Shown here piece after piece: positions 37,925 through 47,180 of a stretch of DNA of 64,000 bases. The position numbers and the translations under genes are program-made. The stretch is from Patescibacteria group bacterium UBA1388 (GTDB lineage: Bacteria; Patescibacteriota; Microgenomatia; UBA1400; PJMF01). A model generated the notes under the pieces. It saw only the letters and a program-made list of their open reading frames with translations. It was not told where the DNA came from and searched no databases. The DNA is taken from NCBI GenBank assembly GCA_002305355.1, contig DBQS01000016.1, positions 36,279-100,278 on the forward strand, written 5' to 3'. Position 1 is the first letter of the stretch. Every line of letters starts with the position of its first letter.

Positions 37925-38305
37925 ACTGGGAATTATAAACTAACAATTATCAGCCTCATTCCTACTGTATAGGTCACCCATATTCCGGAAGATGTTTGAA
38001 CCTAAACACCAGGCAATTGGTTGTCATTAATTATCAGTCCTAACTTGACTAGGTTGTCAACGAATGCTAACCATTGCTGAAAATTTTGACATATACTCAG
38101 TATACCCATGAATCAGTAGAAAAGTGAGTGGGGAGATTGCATGATTAGGATTGCTGTTTTTTTTGATAAATTTTTTATTTCACAATCTAAAAAAGAAGTT
38201 AAATTGTATTGAGAGATGAAATGTTGAAATATGGTGGATGAAATGTAGTAATTAATATGTGTTACACTTCTTCCATAATTTTCATTCTCTAAAGCAAAAC
38301 CAGCT

Positions 38306-38773
38306 ATGACCACAAAAAAAGCATTTACCATTCCGCTCACAAAACAAGCCTTGCGTCAATTTCAAAAGCAACTTTCTAAACTAAAAAATGAAAGAGTTGA
38401 AGTCATGGCACGACTCAAAACTGCCAGAGAAATGGGCGATCTATCAGAAAATGGCGCCTACAAGTATGCCAAGTTTGAGTTGAGTTCGATTGGTAGACAA
38501 ATGAGGGAACTGCAGCACATTCTAGATCAAGCCGTTGTCACCACCAAGCAGATTAATGGTCAGGTTGGTTTTGGCAGCGTGGTTGAGCTGGAACGAAATG
38601 GAGTTAGAACCACCTACCAGATGGTAAGTGGCTATGAATCAGACCTTAGTCAACATAGGTTGTCGATTGAGAGTCCTCTCGGTCAAGCCTTATTAAACAG
38701 ACGAGTTGGTAAAAAGGTGATTGTCAACGCTCCAGTTGGTCAGCTAGAATACACAATTGTTAGTATTGATTGA
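38306..38773 (+). CDS. greA: Transcription elongation factor GreA.
   Basis: N-terminal coiled coil with ...AREMGDLSENGAYKYAKFELSSIGRQMRELQ. C-terminal FKBP-like fold VGKKVIVNAPVGQLEYTIVSI. Length 155 aa. Confidence 0.85.
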   Translation: MTTKKAFTIPLTKQALRQFQKQLSKLKNERVEVMARLKTAREMGDLSENGAYKYAKFELSSIGRQMRELQHILDQAVVTTKQINGQVGFGSVVELERNGVRTTYQMVSGYESDLSQHRLSIESPLGQALLNRRVGKKVIVNAPVGQLEYTIVSID

Positions 38774-38782
38774 AAATTTATT

Positions 38783-39082
38783 GTGCCAATCCCAAAATAC
38801 CTGCGTTTCCATCAACTGATGATGGAACAAAACGCCACACTTTTCGCCAAATTCAAACCCATTCATGATGGATTTGCAGCTTCACCCGATGAGTGGGCGG
38901 TACAGTTTCATAGTGTGGGAAGAGATGTCACAGACGTGTGCCGAGATTGGGAAAGAAGATTATGCTATGGATCTGAAAAAGGGCAATACGCTAAATTTTC
39001 CTATAAATTATCTGATAAATTTTGGGGAGAAATTAAAAAAGATTTTCCGTTGATTGAACAAGTGGGGTTAATCAAATCTTGA
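38783..39082 (+). CDS. Hypothetical protein (99 aa).
   Basis: ORF only. Confidence 0.3.
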   Translation: MPIPKYLRFHQLMMEQNATLFAKFKPIHDGFAASPDEWAVQFHSVGRDVTDVCRDWERRLCYGSEKGQYAKFSYKLSDKFWGEIKKDFPLIEQVGLIKS

Positions 39083-39239
39083 CCACATCGTGACCAACAG
39101 CAACTCACTAGTAATCAAATAAATACCAAAAAAACTAAACAGAAAGTCAATTCTGAAACTGAACCATTGTAGCTGGCATTGTATAACTTTACCCGATTAT
39201 TCGCGGAAAACAATGGTGCGTATATGACTCGTTTATATA

Positions 39240-39270
39240 AAAAAATAACCCCCCGCTTTCTTGCGGGGGG
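39240..39270 (-). terminator. Rho-independent terminator with a poly-C/poly-G stem (CCCCCCGC-TTTCTT-GCGGGGGG), T-tract on the minus strand.
   Basis: Stem at 39248-39269. The minus-strand reading is followed by TTATTTTTTT. Lies 65 nt downstream of the 39334 gene stop. Confidence 0.6.
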
Positions 39271-39333
39271 TTTCAAGTTTAGAGCCGAGTCTGTCCTCTC
39301 AGCCCTCTTACTTGATACTCACACCATTATTTC

Positions 39334-39897
39334 TTAATTTGAAAAACCATGCATCCGCAGCATCTCTGCCGGCATTTCACTTCTTAAATCTTCATCATTT
39401 GCACCAGCTATGTCTTTGTGAAAACCACAACCGTACCATTTGCCACCATATTTTCCTGGACCAAAATGCAAAGCTGCTATGTCAATACCATTTTCCTCTG
39501 CCCAGGTCACCATTTCATCATGCTGCGCTTGCATGATAGCAACCCGATCCTCGAAAGACATATCTTTTAATTCTTCCCTCATATCTTGATAAATCTGCTG
39601 ATTTTCCTGATGCTTAGCCAAAATTAATTGTTTTTGATTTTCCGTGATTAGACCAGCGACAACTGCTTCTTGTAATTCATCTTCATAGCGTGCCTGTATT
39701 TGTTGCTGCCTCTCCTCACGCAATTCATCAAATACTACTTGTACCTCTTGTTCGTCTTTGCCAAATTTGTCTGCCAATCTCCTGACTAAAGTATCTTCAT
39801 CAGCTCCAAAACCAAAAGCATCTGCCCGATCAGTTGCTAAAATCATAATTCCAACTAAAAAAATAAATGTAGGAATAAGTAAAATGCGTTTTTTCAT
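39334..39897 (-). CDS. Secreted helical protein, possibly LTXXQ/Spy-CpxP-like.
   Basis: Signal peptide, charged helical body, one [LI]TxxQ motif (GLITENQKQ). Located downstream of a response regulator-histidine kinase (RR-HK) pair. Confidence 0.35.
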   Translation of the reverse strand: MKKRILLIPTFIFLVGIMILATDRADAFGFGADEDTLVRRLADKFGKDEQEVQVVFDELREERQQQIQARYEDELQEAVVAGLITENQKQLILAKHQENQQIYQDMREELKDMSFEDRVAIMQAQHDEMVTWAEENGIDIAALHFGPGKYGGKWYGCGFHKDIAGANDEDLRSEMPAEMLRMHGFSN

Positions 39898-39974
39898 ATA
39901 GAGCAGTAATTGATAATTATTTAAATATAACGTACCAAATTGAGAAAATCTTGAAAACTAATTACACTCATCTC

Positions 39975-40997
39975 TCAACCTTTTGATGGTAACCAGACAG
40001 AAAAAGTGCTGCCTTTGCGTACTGCTGACGTGACCATAATTTGACCGCCATGTTGGTCAACGATTTTTTGAGCCACCGATAAACCAAGTCCATACCCATG
40101 GTGTTGATAATTGCCACGAGTTTGATCTGCCCGATAAAACCTTTCAAAAATATGAGGGAGATCTCGGTGGGAGATTCCGCTTCCAAAATCTGTCACTTCT
40201 AACAAAACTTGGTTTTTTCGTTTATTGAGCTTAACTTTGATCACCGACCTTTTCGGGCTATACTTTAATGCATTATCAAGCAAAATTAGCACTAAATCTA
40301 AAAGTGCTCCTTCATCACCCCATACCCAATATTTAGTTTTCCCCTTTTCCAGTTGAATCGTGATCTCTTTTTTTTGGGCAGTGGCTTCCAAATATTCCAT
40401 ACCCCTAGTCACAATCTTTGTTAGGTTAAGCGGTTTTTTAATTAGCTGTTGATCTGTGACTTTTGCCAACCTTAATAAACTCTGACTGAGTGACTCCAGG
40501 CTTGTGACATCCTCTAAATTTTCCTTCAAAATTTTTTTCGTTTTTTTATCAAGTGCCCGATCCATTAAATTGACTTCAAGCGATGTTTTTAAGGCTGTGA
40601 TTGGAGTTTTCAATTCATGAGCTGCGTCGCCAATAAAGCGTTTTTGTTCCTCATGGATTTCTTCAATTGGCTTGAGTGTTTTGCCACTCAGAAAATACCC
40701 CGCTGCAGCAAAAAAAACAATAATAATTAAATTTATAATGATAAGCTGACCAGCAATTTGACTTTGAGCATTTCTTAAATCCTGAGGTGTAATTCTCCTC
40801 CCAAATCCTGGCCTACTTTGCAATCCAACTCCAGGCCATTCTTGCTGCAAGCGTTGTTCTATTCTGATATATTCTTGCTCTAAAACCGATGAAACGCGCA
40901 CATAAATCACGCCACTTAAAGAAGAAGTTATCAAAACGATGATCAGTAAGTACCACAGCGTTAATCTAATGCGAGCTGAAGCGAACATATCCGCCAT
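39975..40997 (-). CDS. Membrane sensor histidine kinase (2 TM, HisKA, HATPase_c).
   Basis: H-box IGDAAHELKTPITALKTSLEV. G-boxes GYGLGLSVAQKIVDQHGGQIMVTSAVRKGSTFSVWLP. Confidence 0.8.
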   Translation of the reverse strand: MADMFASARIRLTLWYLLIIVLITSSLSGVIYVRVSSVLEQEYIRIEQRLQQEWPGVGLQSRPGFGRRITPQDLRNAQSQIAGQLIIINLIIIVFFAAAGYFLSGKTLKPIEEIHEEQKRFIGDAAHELKTPITALKTSLEVNLMDRALDKKTKKILKENLEDVTSLESLSQSLLRLAKVTDQQLIKKPLNLTKIVTRGMEYLEATAQKKEITIQLEKGKTKYWVWGDEGALLDLVLILLDNALKYSPKRSVIKVKLNKRKNQVLLEVTDFGSGISHRDLPHIFERFYRADQTRGNYQHHGYGLGLSVAQKIVDQHGGQIMVTSAVRKGSTFSVWLPSKG

Positions 40998-40998
40998 A

Positions 40999-41679
40999 TT
41001 AATCAGTCACTCCAAACTTGTAACCAAATCCACGAACCGTGTGAATTAAGGGCTTTTCCTTCGGAAAAGCCCGATCTATTTTATTTCTCAAATAACCAAT
41101 GTAAACCTGAGCGGTGTTAGGTAAAACATCACTATCATAACTCCATACCTGCTCTGTGAGCTGATCCTTGGAAAGCACTTGTCCTTCATGCCTCATTAAA
41201 AATTCCAACAGCGCAAATTCTTTACGAGATAAAGAGATCGATTTGCCTGTTCTAGTTACCGCAAAACTTGTAGGATTAAGTTGCAGTGAACCAGACTGTA
41301 AAACTTCATTGACTTGTTTCTGTGGCCTTCTCGAAAGCGCCCGCACTCTGGCTAAGAGCTCGGTAAAAGCAAAAGGTTTGCCCAAATAATCGTCCGCCCC
41401 AGCATCCAAACCTTCTACCCGATCCTCGAGTTGAGTCTTGGCGGTCAACATTAAAATTGGCGTGTGATTACCAGCTGTTCTTAACTGCCGACAGATCTCC
41501 ATACCTGTCATGCTAGGTAACATTCTGTCCAAAATAATCACGTCATACTTTTCACCATCCGCCAAATCAAAACCTGTCGCTCCATCATAGGCCACATCCA
41601 CTATATAAGATTTAACTTCCAAACCTTTTTTGATGTAATTCGCAATTCGGTGTTCATCTTCAATTACCAAAATTTTCAT
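40999..41679 (-). CDS. OmpR-family response regulator.
   Basis: KILVIEDEHRIANYI...VIILDRMLPSMTG...VRGFGYKF. Lies 1 nt upstream of the kinase. Confidence 0.85.
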   Translation of the reverse strand: MKILVIEDEHRIANYIKKGLEVKSYIVDVAYDGATGFDLADGEKYDVIILDRMLPSMTGMEICRQLRTAGNHTPILMLTAKTQLEDRVEGLDAGADDYLGKPFAFTELLARVRALSRRPQKQVNEVLQSGSLQLNPTSFAVTRTGKSISLSRKEFALLEFLMRHEGQVLSKDQLTEQVWSYDSDVLPNTAQVYIGYLRNKIDRAFPKEKPLIHTVRGFGYKFGVTD

Positions 41680-41907
41680 TTCTTAGGTATTATAAACTCT
41701 TTCTTGAGAATAAGTTGAAAATTTTCACATATAAATAGTTTTTATTACCGAGGAATATCCTAGTACTATTATTCTACATTTCATCATGAAATCTTTTGAA
41801 AGATATCAAACTAACTTTTTAAATGTGAATTTTTAATTGTTTAAAGCAGTAATTTTTTTCAGCGTGAATCGGAATATAATAATCCAGTAGTTCAGTATTA
41901 TTATATT

Positions 41908-42546
41908 GTGGCCACCACTCAAACAGACCTCCAATTTAAATTTGTTGAGCAATATATCAAACCTGTCACTGATGATACTCGCCTCAGACAAGCATTTCTT
42001 ACAACGCCGCGTACCTTGTTTGTGCCAAAACAATATCGCTCTCAAGCTTACCAGGACCATGCTATCCCACTTGATCACAACCAATCCATCAGTCAACCCA
42101 GTTTAGTTGCGTTGATGATCGACCTTTGTCAGTTAAAATCTGAACACAAAGTGTTGGAAATTGGCACGGGTTCTGGTTATCAAACCGCTCTCCTTTCCAA
42201 GTTAGTGCGAGCAGTTTATTCAATCGAAATTCATCCAAAACTAGCAGCATCCGCCCAAAGAAAATTGCATAGTTTAAAAATTTTGAACGCACATATTATC
42301 GTCGGTAATGGTCAATTTGGGTATTCTGTCCAAGCTCCATACGACGCCATCATTGTGACTGCGAGTGGCAAAAAATTGCCACCTGCATTAGTTGCACAAT
42401 TAGCACCAAACGGCTTGATTGTTTTTCCTCTTAAACATGATGATGGCAAAGAATATTTGTACCGTGGAATTAAGAAAAATGGCTTAGAGTTGCAATTGAT
42501 TGAACCTGTTAGATTCGTGCCGTTAATTAATTCTAAAAGAGACTGA
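41908..42546 (+). CDS. pcm: Protein-L-isoaspartate O-methyltransferase.
   Basis: PRTLFVP ... VLEIGTGSGYQTALLSKLV (SAM motif I) ... YDAIIVTAS. Length 212 aa. Confidence 0.85.
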   Translation: MATTQTDLQFKFVEQYIKPVTDDTRLRQAFLTTPRTLFVPKQYRSQAYQDHAIPLDHNQSISQPSLVALMIDLCQLKSEHKVLEIGTGSGYQTALLSKLVRAVYSIEIHPKLAASAQRKLHSLKILNAHIIVGNGQFGYSVQAPYDAIIVTASGKKLPPALVAQLAPNGLIVFPLKHDDGKEYLYRGIKKNGLELQLIEPVRFVPLINSKRD

Positions 42547-42654
42547 CATAGGTTGACGGCGTGATAATTAATCGACAGTTTCTAACCTAAGTAGAACAGG
42601 ATACTCAAAACTTAGCTAAAAAATGGCAAAACAAAGCAAATACTGAGAATTAAC

Positions 42655-43599
42655 TTATATCCTAATCAATTGATATTCCAGCGAACCCAAACCAATTCGA
42701 TTCGCATATGCAAAAATACCGTAATCGTTGAACGGTCTTTTACCTTCTCTTTTTTCCAACAGATCAAAACAGGCTTTGTCAATTGCCACAGGATCTGTTG
42801 AAGCCAACAAACCTAGATCATCATAAATAAGTGGCATTGGTTCACCATCACAATCACAATTAGCAGTAATATTGATCGCAAAATTTAAATAAATATATTT
42901 TTGGCCATGCACTGCTGCTAAAGCATATTCTGCCACTCTCTCAGCAAATGTTTGACCATAATAAACATAATCATCATTCCAAATTTGGGAGCTACCAGTA
43001 GGCACTTGACTCGCTTTTGCCCAGTCAATTCTTTCTGTGACAGGGATTTCTACCTTGGCATGCGCCTCAGTTTTTCCACGACCAGACGCAAAACCAATTC
43101 CCAGTTGTTTGATTGCCCCGCCAAACCCAGTCATGATGTGCCCCTTAAAGTGACTCATCGCCAACACCTGATTTTGATCGGATAAACCTGCGGCAATCTT
43201 GCAGGTCTTGAAATGCTTGCCATTTCTTATCGATACCTCCACGTGGTCAAAACCGTCTTCGCCGTCAGCTATCTTGGCAGGAATATCTGTAAAGCCATGA
43301 TCTTTTAACACTTGCAAGTGTTTGTCTTCGGTTGAACGAATTCCAGCAGCGGTATTAGTTTCAATGTAGTACGGCTTAATTTCTTGATCTAATAAGTGGT
43401 CGATCAGATCTGAGTATGTCTGTGGTCTGGTAAATGTAGTATTTCCTGGTTCTCCTGAATGAATTTTGATGGGTAAATTTTTTTGTAAACTGAGTTGTTC
43501 ACTCTCGACTAGTTTTTTGAAAATTTGCAGCGTACCGGCTGCTAAAGCATCTGGATTAGTGAGCTTCTTGGCTGAAAGAAAGTAAACATTAGTCATCAT
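42655..43599 (-). CDS. Hypothetical protein, possibly DUF362-like.
   Basis: The start was moved to ATGATG at 43599/43596, because the ORF-track start overlaps the terminator hairpin. Family assignment is weak. Confidence 0.35.
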   Translation of the reverse strand: MMTNVYFLSAKKLTNPDALAAGTLQIFKKLVESEQLSLQKNLPIKIHSGEPGNTTFTRPQTYSDLIDHLLDQEIKPYYIETNTAAGIRSTEDKHLQVLKDHGFTDIPAKIADGEDGFDHVEVSIRNGKHFKTCKIAAGLSDQNQVLAMSHFKGHIMTGFGGAIKQLGIGFASGRGKTEAHAKVEIPVTERIDWAKASQVPTGSSQIWNDDYVYYGQTFAERVAEYALAAVHGQKYIYLNFAINITANCDCDGEPMPLIYDDLGLLASTDPVAIDKACFDLLEKREGKRPFNDYGIFAYANRIGLGSLEYQLIRI

Positions 43600-43649
43600 A
43601 GTGGGCAGTCTAACATACTTTATTGACTCAATAAATATAAAATTCAGCA

Positions 43650-43673
43650 CCCCCCCCGCCTTTGGCGGGGGGG
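43650..43673 (-). terminator. Rho-independent terminator with a poly-C/poly-G stem (CCCCCCCGCC-TTT-GGCGGGGGGG).
   Basis: The minus-strand reading is followed by a T-rich CTGAATTTTATATTTAT. Lies downstream of the 43734 gene. Confidence 0.5.
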
Positions 43674-43733
43674 TAGGAATCAGTCTTCAGATATGGTCCC
43701 AATAAGGGTTACACTGTTAAGTAAATAGTATTC

Positions 43734-44153
43734 TTATTGTTGCCATCTACCCATACCACTACCCTGATTTTTACCTTGACCAGTGCCATTTTGTCCACTG
43801 TTCTGATCACCAGCTTGACCGGCACCGTTTCTCAAGCCCAAACCGAGCTCAGTGCGAATTTGCTTCGCTCCTTCAACATCACCGGCTGCTGCTAAACGAT
43901 GCGCTTCAGCAAAGCGAGGAAAGTTTTCCTCATTGACCATCTGCGTCACTCGACCCTTACCAGCCATCAATTCTGACCAAGCTTGATAGTCGTTGTTTTC
44001 AAAAGCTGCCAGCATGGCTGCATGTCTTTCTTCAGTATGATTGGGACCCTGTACACTGGGATCTCCCTGATAAGCTGCTGCTGCTCCAGAACCCATAGTC
44101 AAGCCTCCAAGCATTACGGCGGCGGCTATTAAACCGATGTATTGTTTCTTCAT
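43734..44153 (-). CDS. Small secreted helical protein with a Gly/Gln-rich C-terminus.
   Basis: Signal MKKQYIGLIAAAVMLGGLTMGSGAAAA. Confidence 0.4.
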   Translation of the reverse strand: MKKQYIGLIAAAVMLGGLTMGSGAAAAYQGDPSVQGPNHTEERHAAMLAAFENNDYQAWSELMAGKGRVTQMVNEENFPRFAEAHRLAAAGDVEGAKQIRTELGLGLRNGAGQAGDQNSGQNGTGQGKNQGSGMGRWQQ

Positions 44154-44476
44154 TTGCTCCTCCTTTCAAAAGGATAAATTGATAACGAGGCAGATCATAA
44201 CGTTAGCTGTTGAAAAGTTAATGAAGATTTGTTGAGTGAACGATGAGAAATCTGCAATCCTTAACTTAGCTTGATCATTGCTTGACAAAATATTGAACAT
44301 GCATCATCTTTATTCAATCCAACACCGAGCTCAAATATATCTGTCATCGGATGAAAACTATAATTATAGGAAAATTTGACATTATCGTTTAGTGCGCAAT
44401 TTGTGAGCAGGCTAATTGATTCGCTTCCTTGAGATTTTCAGTACAAAATTTATTTTTAACCACCCGCGTTAGATCG

Positions 44477-45274
44477 TCACTCAACCATGCTTTCAAATTT
44501 TTTATTGAAAGTTGTCAATATTTGCGTGAATGTTACTTCAAATTCTTCAGCAGTTAATGAACTTGAAAAATGATGCCCATCTCTTTGTCCATCAGAAAAA
44601 CTCAAATTATCCATCAGATTATTTGGTCCACGGAAAATATCCACGTCAAATGTGATTTCATATCCATGCTCCCAATCTTCACGATCTGTCCTAATTGAAA
44701 CTGAATTATCTGGATTATCTTCTGGAATTAGATCAATTTTCATTCTCGCTTGGGCAGTTTCTGCCACGTTGATTGGCTGTCTATCATTTTTGATTTCAAT
44801 GGGCATTACATATTTTTTAGGTCTAACTAAAATTCTGATCATCCGATATTTACTGCTACCCAAAGTAATATTTTCCGCATAATAAGCACTAATCATATCC
44901 CCAAGTTCTGCGTGTTTCATTTCAAGCTTTTTATTTTTGGTCAAAGGCACTAAATTTTCGGTAAGAGACCTACATACTCCAGCAATCGTCTCAACCCGTC
45001 TTAACACGAATTCGTAGTTCTTAGAATTCAACCGAGCTGGATCTCGTGCAATTTGATAAGAATATTCTGCAATTGAAGACAATGTCAGCATCAATGCATC
45101 CCATACTGTGTTAGCGGCGAGCTTATCTTTTTCAGCAGAATTAAGACCAATGTCTGGAAATAATAAAACTGCATTGTCTTCTTCGCCTGTGTTGCAATAA
45201 CGTTTGATATTTCTCATTACTTTTTCCAATTCTGGAATGTTTTTGGCTATTTCACTGTCGTTTTCTAACATCAC
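44477..45274 (-). CDS. Hypothetical cytoplasmic protein (265 aa).
   Basis: ORF only. Adjacent to the IS-terminus remnants. Confidence 0.35.
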   Translation of the reverse strand: MMLENDSEIAKNIPELEKVMRNIKRYCNTGEEDNAVLLFPDIGLNSAEKDKLAANTVWDALMLTLSSIAEYSYQIARDPARLNSKNYEFVLRRVETIAGVCRSLTENLVPLTKNKKLEMKHAELGDMISAYYAENITLGSSKYRMIRILVRPKKYVMPIEIKNDRQPINVAETAQARMKIDLIPEDNPDNSVSIRTDREDWEHGYEITFDVDIFRGPNNLMDNLSFSDGQRDGHHFSSSLTAEEFEVTFTQILTTFNKKFESMVE

Positions 45275-45404
45275 TTTTATCCGATCTATATATACAACTG
45301 GTGTTAATACTGAAATTAGTTTATCACGACTAATGCAACAACCATCAACAGCAATATGTCATACTGTTAGACACCAGCATCATGAATGAGCGTACTGTAA
45401 AAGA

Positions 45405-45788
45405 CTAATGATGGTGCTCTTCTTCAGCGGCCATAGCTTCATCGCGAGTGGCATGAATCGTGCCAGCGGGATGATTTGGCGGAGAATAAAGCGTGTACAG
45501 CTTCAAGTCATTGCTGCCAGTATTAGTTAGATTGTGCTCACTCCCCGCTGGCACAACTACCGCTGATCCATCTTTGATAGCAAACGTTTCACCATCAATC
45601 AACACTTCTCCCTCACCTTCATCAACTCTAAAAAATTGATCAACATGGTCGTGGACTTCTTTACCAATGTCTTCTCCTGGCTTTAAACTCATCAACACCA
45701 GTTGAGTGTGCTCACCGGTAAAAATCACTTCGCGAAAATTAAAATTTTCTTTAGTCAATTTTTCAATATCATCTACAAAACCTTTCAT
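45405..45788 (-). CDS. Cupin-domain protein.
   Basis: Two-motif cupin pattern G(x)5HxH...: GEDIGKEVHDHVDQFFRV ... VVPAGSEHNLTNTG. Confidence 0.65.
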   Translation of the reverse strand: MKGFVDDIEKLTKENFNFREVIFTGEHTQLVLMSLKPGEDIGKEVHDHVDQFFRVDEGEGEVLIDGETFAIKDGSAVVVPAGSEHNLTNTGSNDLKLYTLYSPPNHPAGTIHATRDEAMAAEEEHHH

Positions 45789-45843
45789 CCTATCCTCCTT
45801 TCAAAAGATATTAAATATATATACTGGTTTCATTATATACCCG

Positions 45844-45956
45844 CTTTCACGACTACCTTTCCATTCCGGAATGTATCGTGCCCAATTCATCATCGAAATG
45901 TATTGTGCAATATTTACAACTGCTGAGATCATTTACATTCCGAAAAGTATCGCGCC
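45844..45956. repeat. Two direct copies of IS-terminus-like sequence, related to the right end of the 13567-14643 IS.
   Basis: 45844-45882 CTTTCACGACTACCTTTCCATTCCGGAATGTATCGTGCC matches 14602-14640 with 3-4 mismatches. 45932-45956 TTTACATTCCGAAAAGTATCGCGCC is a second copy in the same orientation. Confidence 0.5.
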
Positions 45957-46060
45957 TCGTACTCAATATGTCCATTCCACCATAACAAAGCATGTCTTTC
46001 CAAGTAAATCTAGTTTCTAATTTTCCCTTTTGCAAAAATTTATTGTAGGATGGATACAAT

Positions 46061-46948
46061 ATGGCAAATCATCATCCCACCCAACCAAATCCTGTCCCAG
46101 ACAATACAACTGTCAATCAGTCAATGCCAACAACTGCTCAGTCAGCTCAAACCAACCCCGTTGCACCACCCAACCAAGCTGCTCAACCCCTACAAACTAC
46201 ACCTAAGCCCAGCCAACCTACCCCCAACCAACCAGCACCCGCCCAATCTCAGACAACAGCAACTCCTACTCTCTCCACAGACAACATCGCACCCGCTGTT
46301 TATGGTCAAAAACCCAGTTCAAAAAATAAACTTGCCATCATGCTAATCATCTTTGTGTTTCTGGCAGCTCTCGCTGCCGGTGTCTATTTTATGTTTGGCG
46401 AACAACTCATCGATCAATTTACCCCAGCCCCTTCTGAACCAGAGCGAGAGGTATTTGTTGATCCTCTGCTCGATATGCCGGGCGCAACTTCTGGTAGTTA
46501 TATGTTAGATAATGATCCTACTGTGATCTATGAAGAGGACCCTGCGATTACCGAACCAACAACTTCTCAAGATGACGGGCAACTTTCCACTACAAAACCT
46601 AGTGCCACTCCAACTTCTCTCTCAGAAGCTAACGAATTGTCATTGCCAAAATACACCAACTCAACATATGGTTTTGAGGTTTCCTACCCAGACTCATATC
46701 AGCTGATGACCGATAGTGAAAATCTTTATGGACACCCGAATGGCGTGGCGCTACTGTATAAAGGCGGCCAAGCCTACGACATTGTCATTGAAGTATGGGA
46801 TACTGAGGCTGAATATCAAGCTGCCTATGTGGGCAGAGCCAACGACCTGAAAGTTATTCAAAATCAAGGCAAATTTATCACCATTCTCAACAACACCCAA
46901 GAACCAGATAATCAGGCAATTATTGATTCATTCAAATTGGTAAATTAA
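46061..46948 (+). CDS. Membrane-anchored protein with a Pro/Gln/Thr-rich low-complexity N-terminus and a C-terminal extracytoplasmic domain.
   Basis: PQ-rich 90 aa, TM LAIMLIIFVFLAALAAGVYFMF, then a C-terminal domain. Confidence 0.4.
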   Translation: MANHHPTQPNPVPDNTTVNQSMPTTAQSAQTNPVAPPNQAAQPLQTTPKPSQPTPNQPAPAQSQTTATPTLSTDNIAPAVYGQKPSSKNKLAIMLIIFVFLAALAAGVYFMFGEQLIDQFTPAPSEPEREVFVDPLLDMPGATSGSYMLDNDPTVIYEEDPAITEPTTSQDDGQLSTTKPSATPTSLSEANELSLPKYTNSTYGFEVSYPDSYQLMTDSENLYGHPNGVALLYKGGQAYDIVIEVWDTEAEYQAAYVGRANDLKVIQNQGKFITILNNTQEPDNQAIIDSFKLVN

Positions 46949-47180
46949 TTTTTTTACTTATTTAACCTTTTGTTGTTTGCCCGATCGATTGGCTCTTAAT
47001 TCAACAACTGCTGATCAACATCATGCTCAATGTTATCATCGTTTAGATAAAATTTTGTTTTCCCCAATTTTGTCAACAAGTTGAATTTTCACACGCCAAA
47101 ACAGCAATGGTTAGGTTTTATCCCTTGCTGGTTTCAGAAACTTAACAACAAGCTCTGGCTCATATGAATAATAACTTGAG

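Noticed and set aside
37971-37993. Third IS-IR-like sequence (GGTCACCCATATTCCGGAAGATG) in the argS-greA intergenic region.
   Set aside because: Only about 18 of 24 positions match and it centres on the short palindrome TTCCGGAA. Too weak to call as an IS remnant; noted only.
38068-38110. Possible sigma70 promoter (TTGACA ... TATACT) upstream of greA.
   Set aside because: The spacing between candidate -35 and -10 elements is wrong (3 or 12 nt) and the site lies more than 190 nt upstream of the greA start. Not called.
45844-45956. Possible miniature inverted-repeat transposable element (MITE) derived from the IS, with two IS termini about 90 bp apart.
   Set aside because: Both terminus copies are in the same (direct) orientation. 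A MITE would need them inverted. Called as solo-end remnants or repeats instead.
45702-46059. Three overlapping ORFs (74, 104 and 68 aa) in the 45.79-46.06 kb intergenic region.
   Set aside because: They overlap the IS-terminus repeats and each other, and have low-complexity translations. Considered non-coding.
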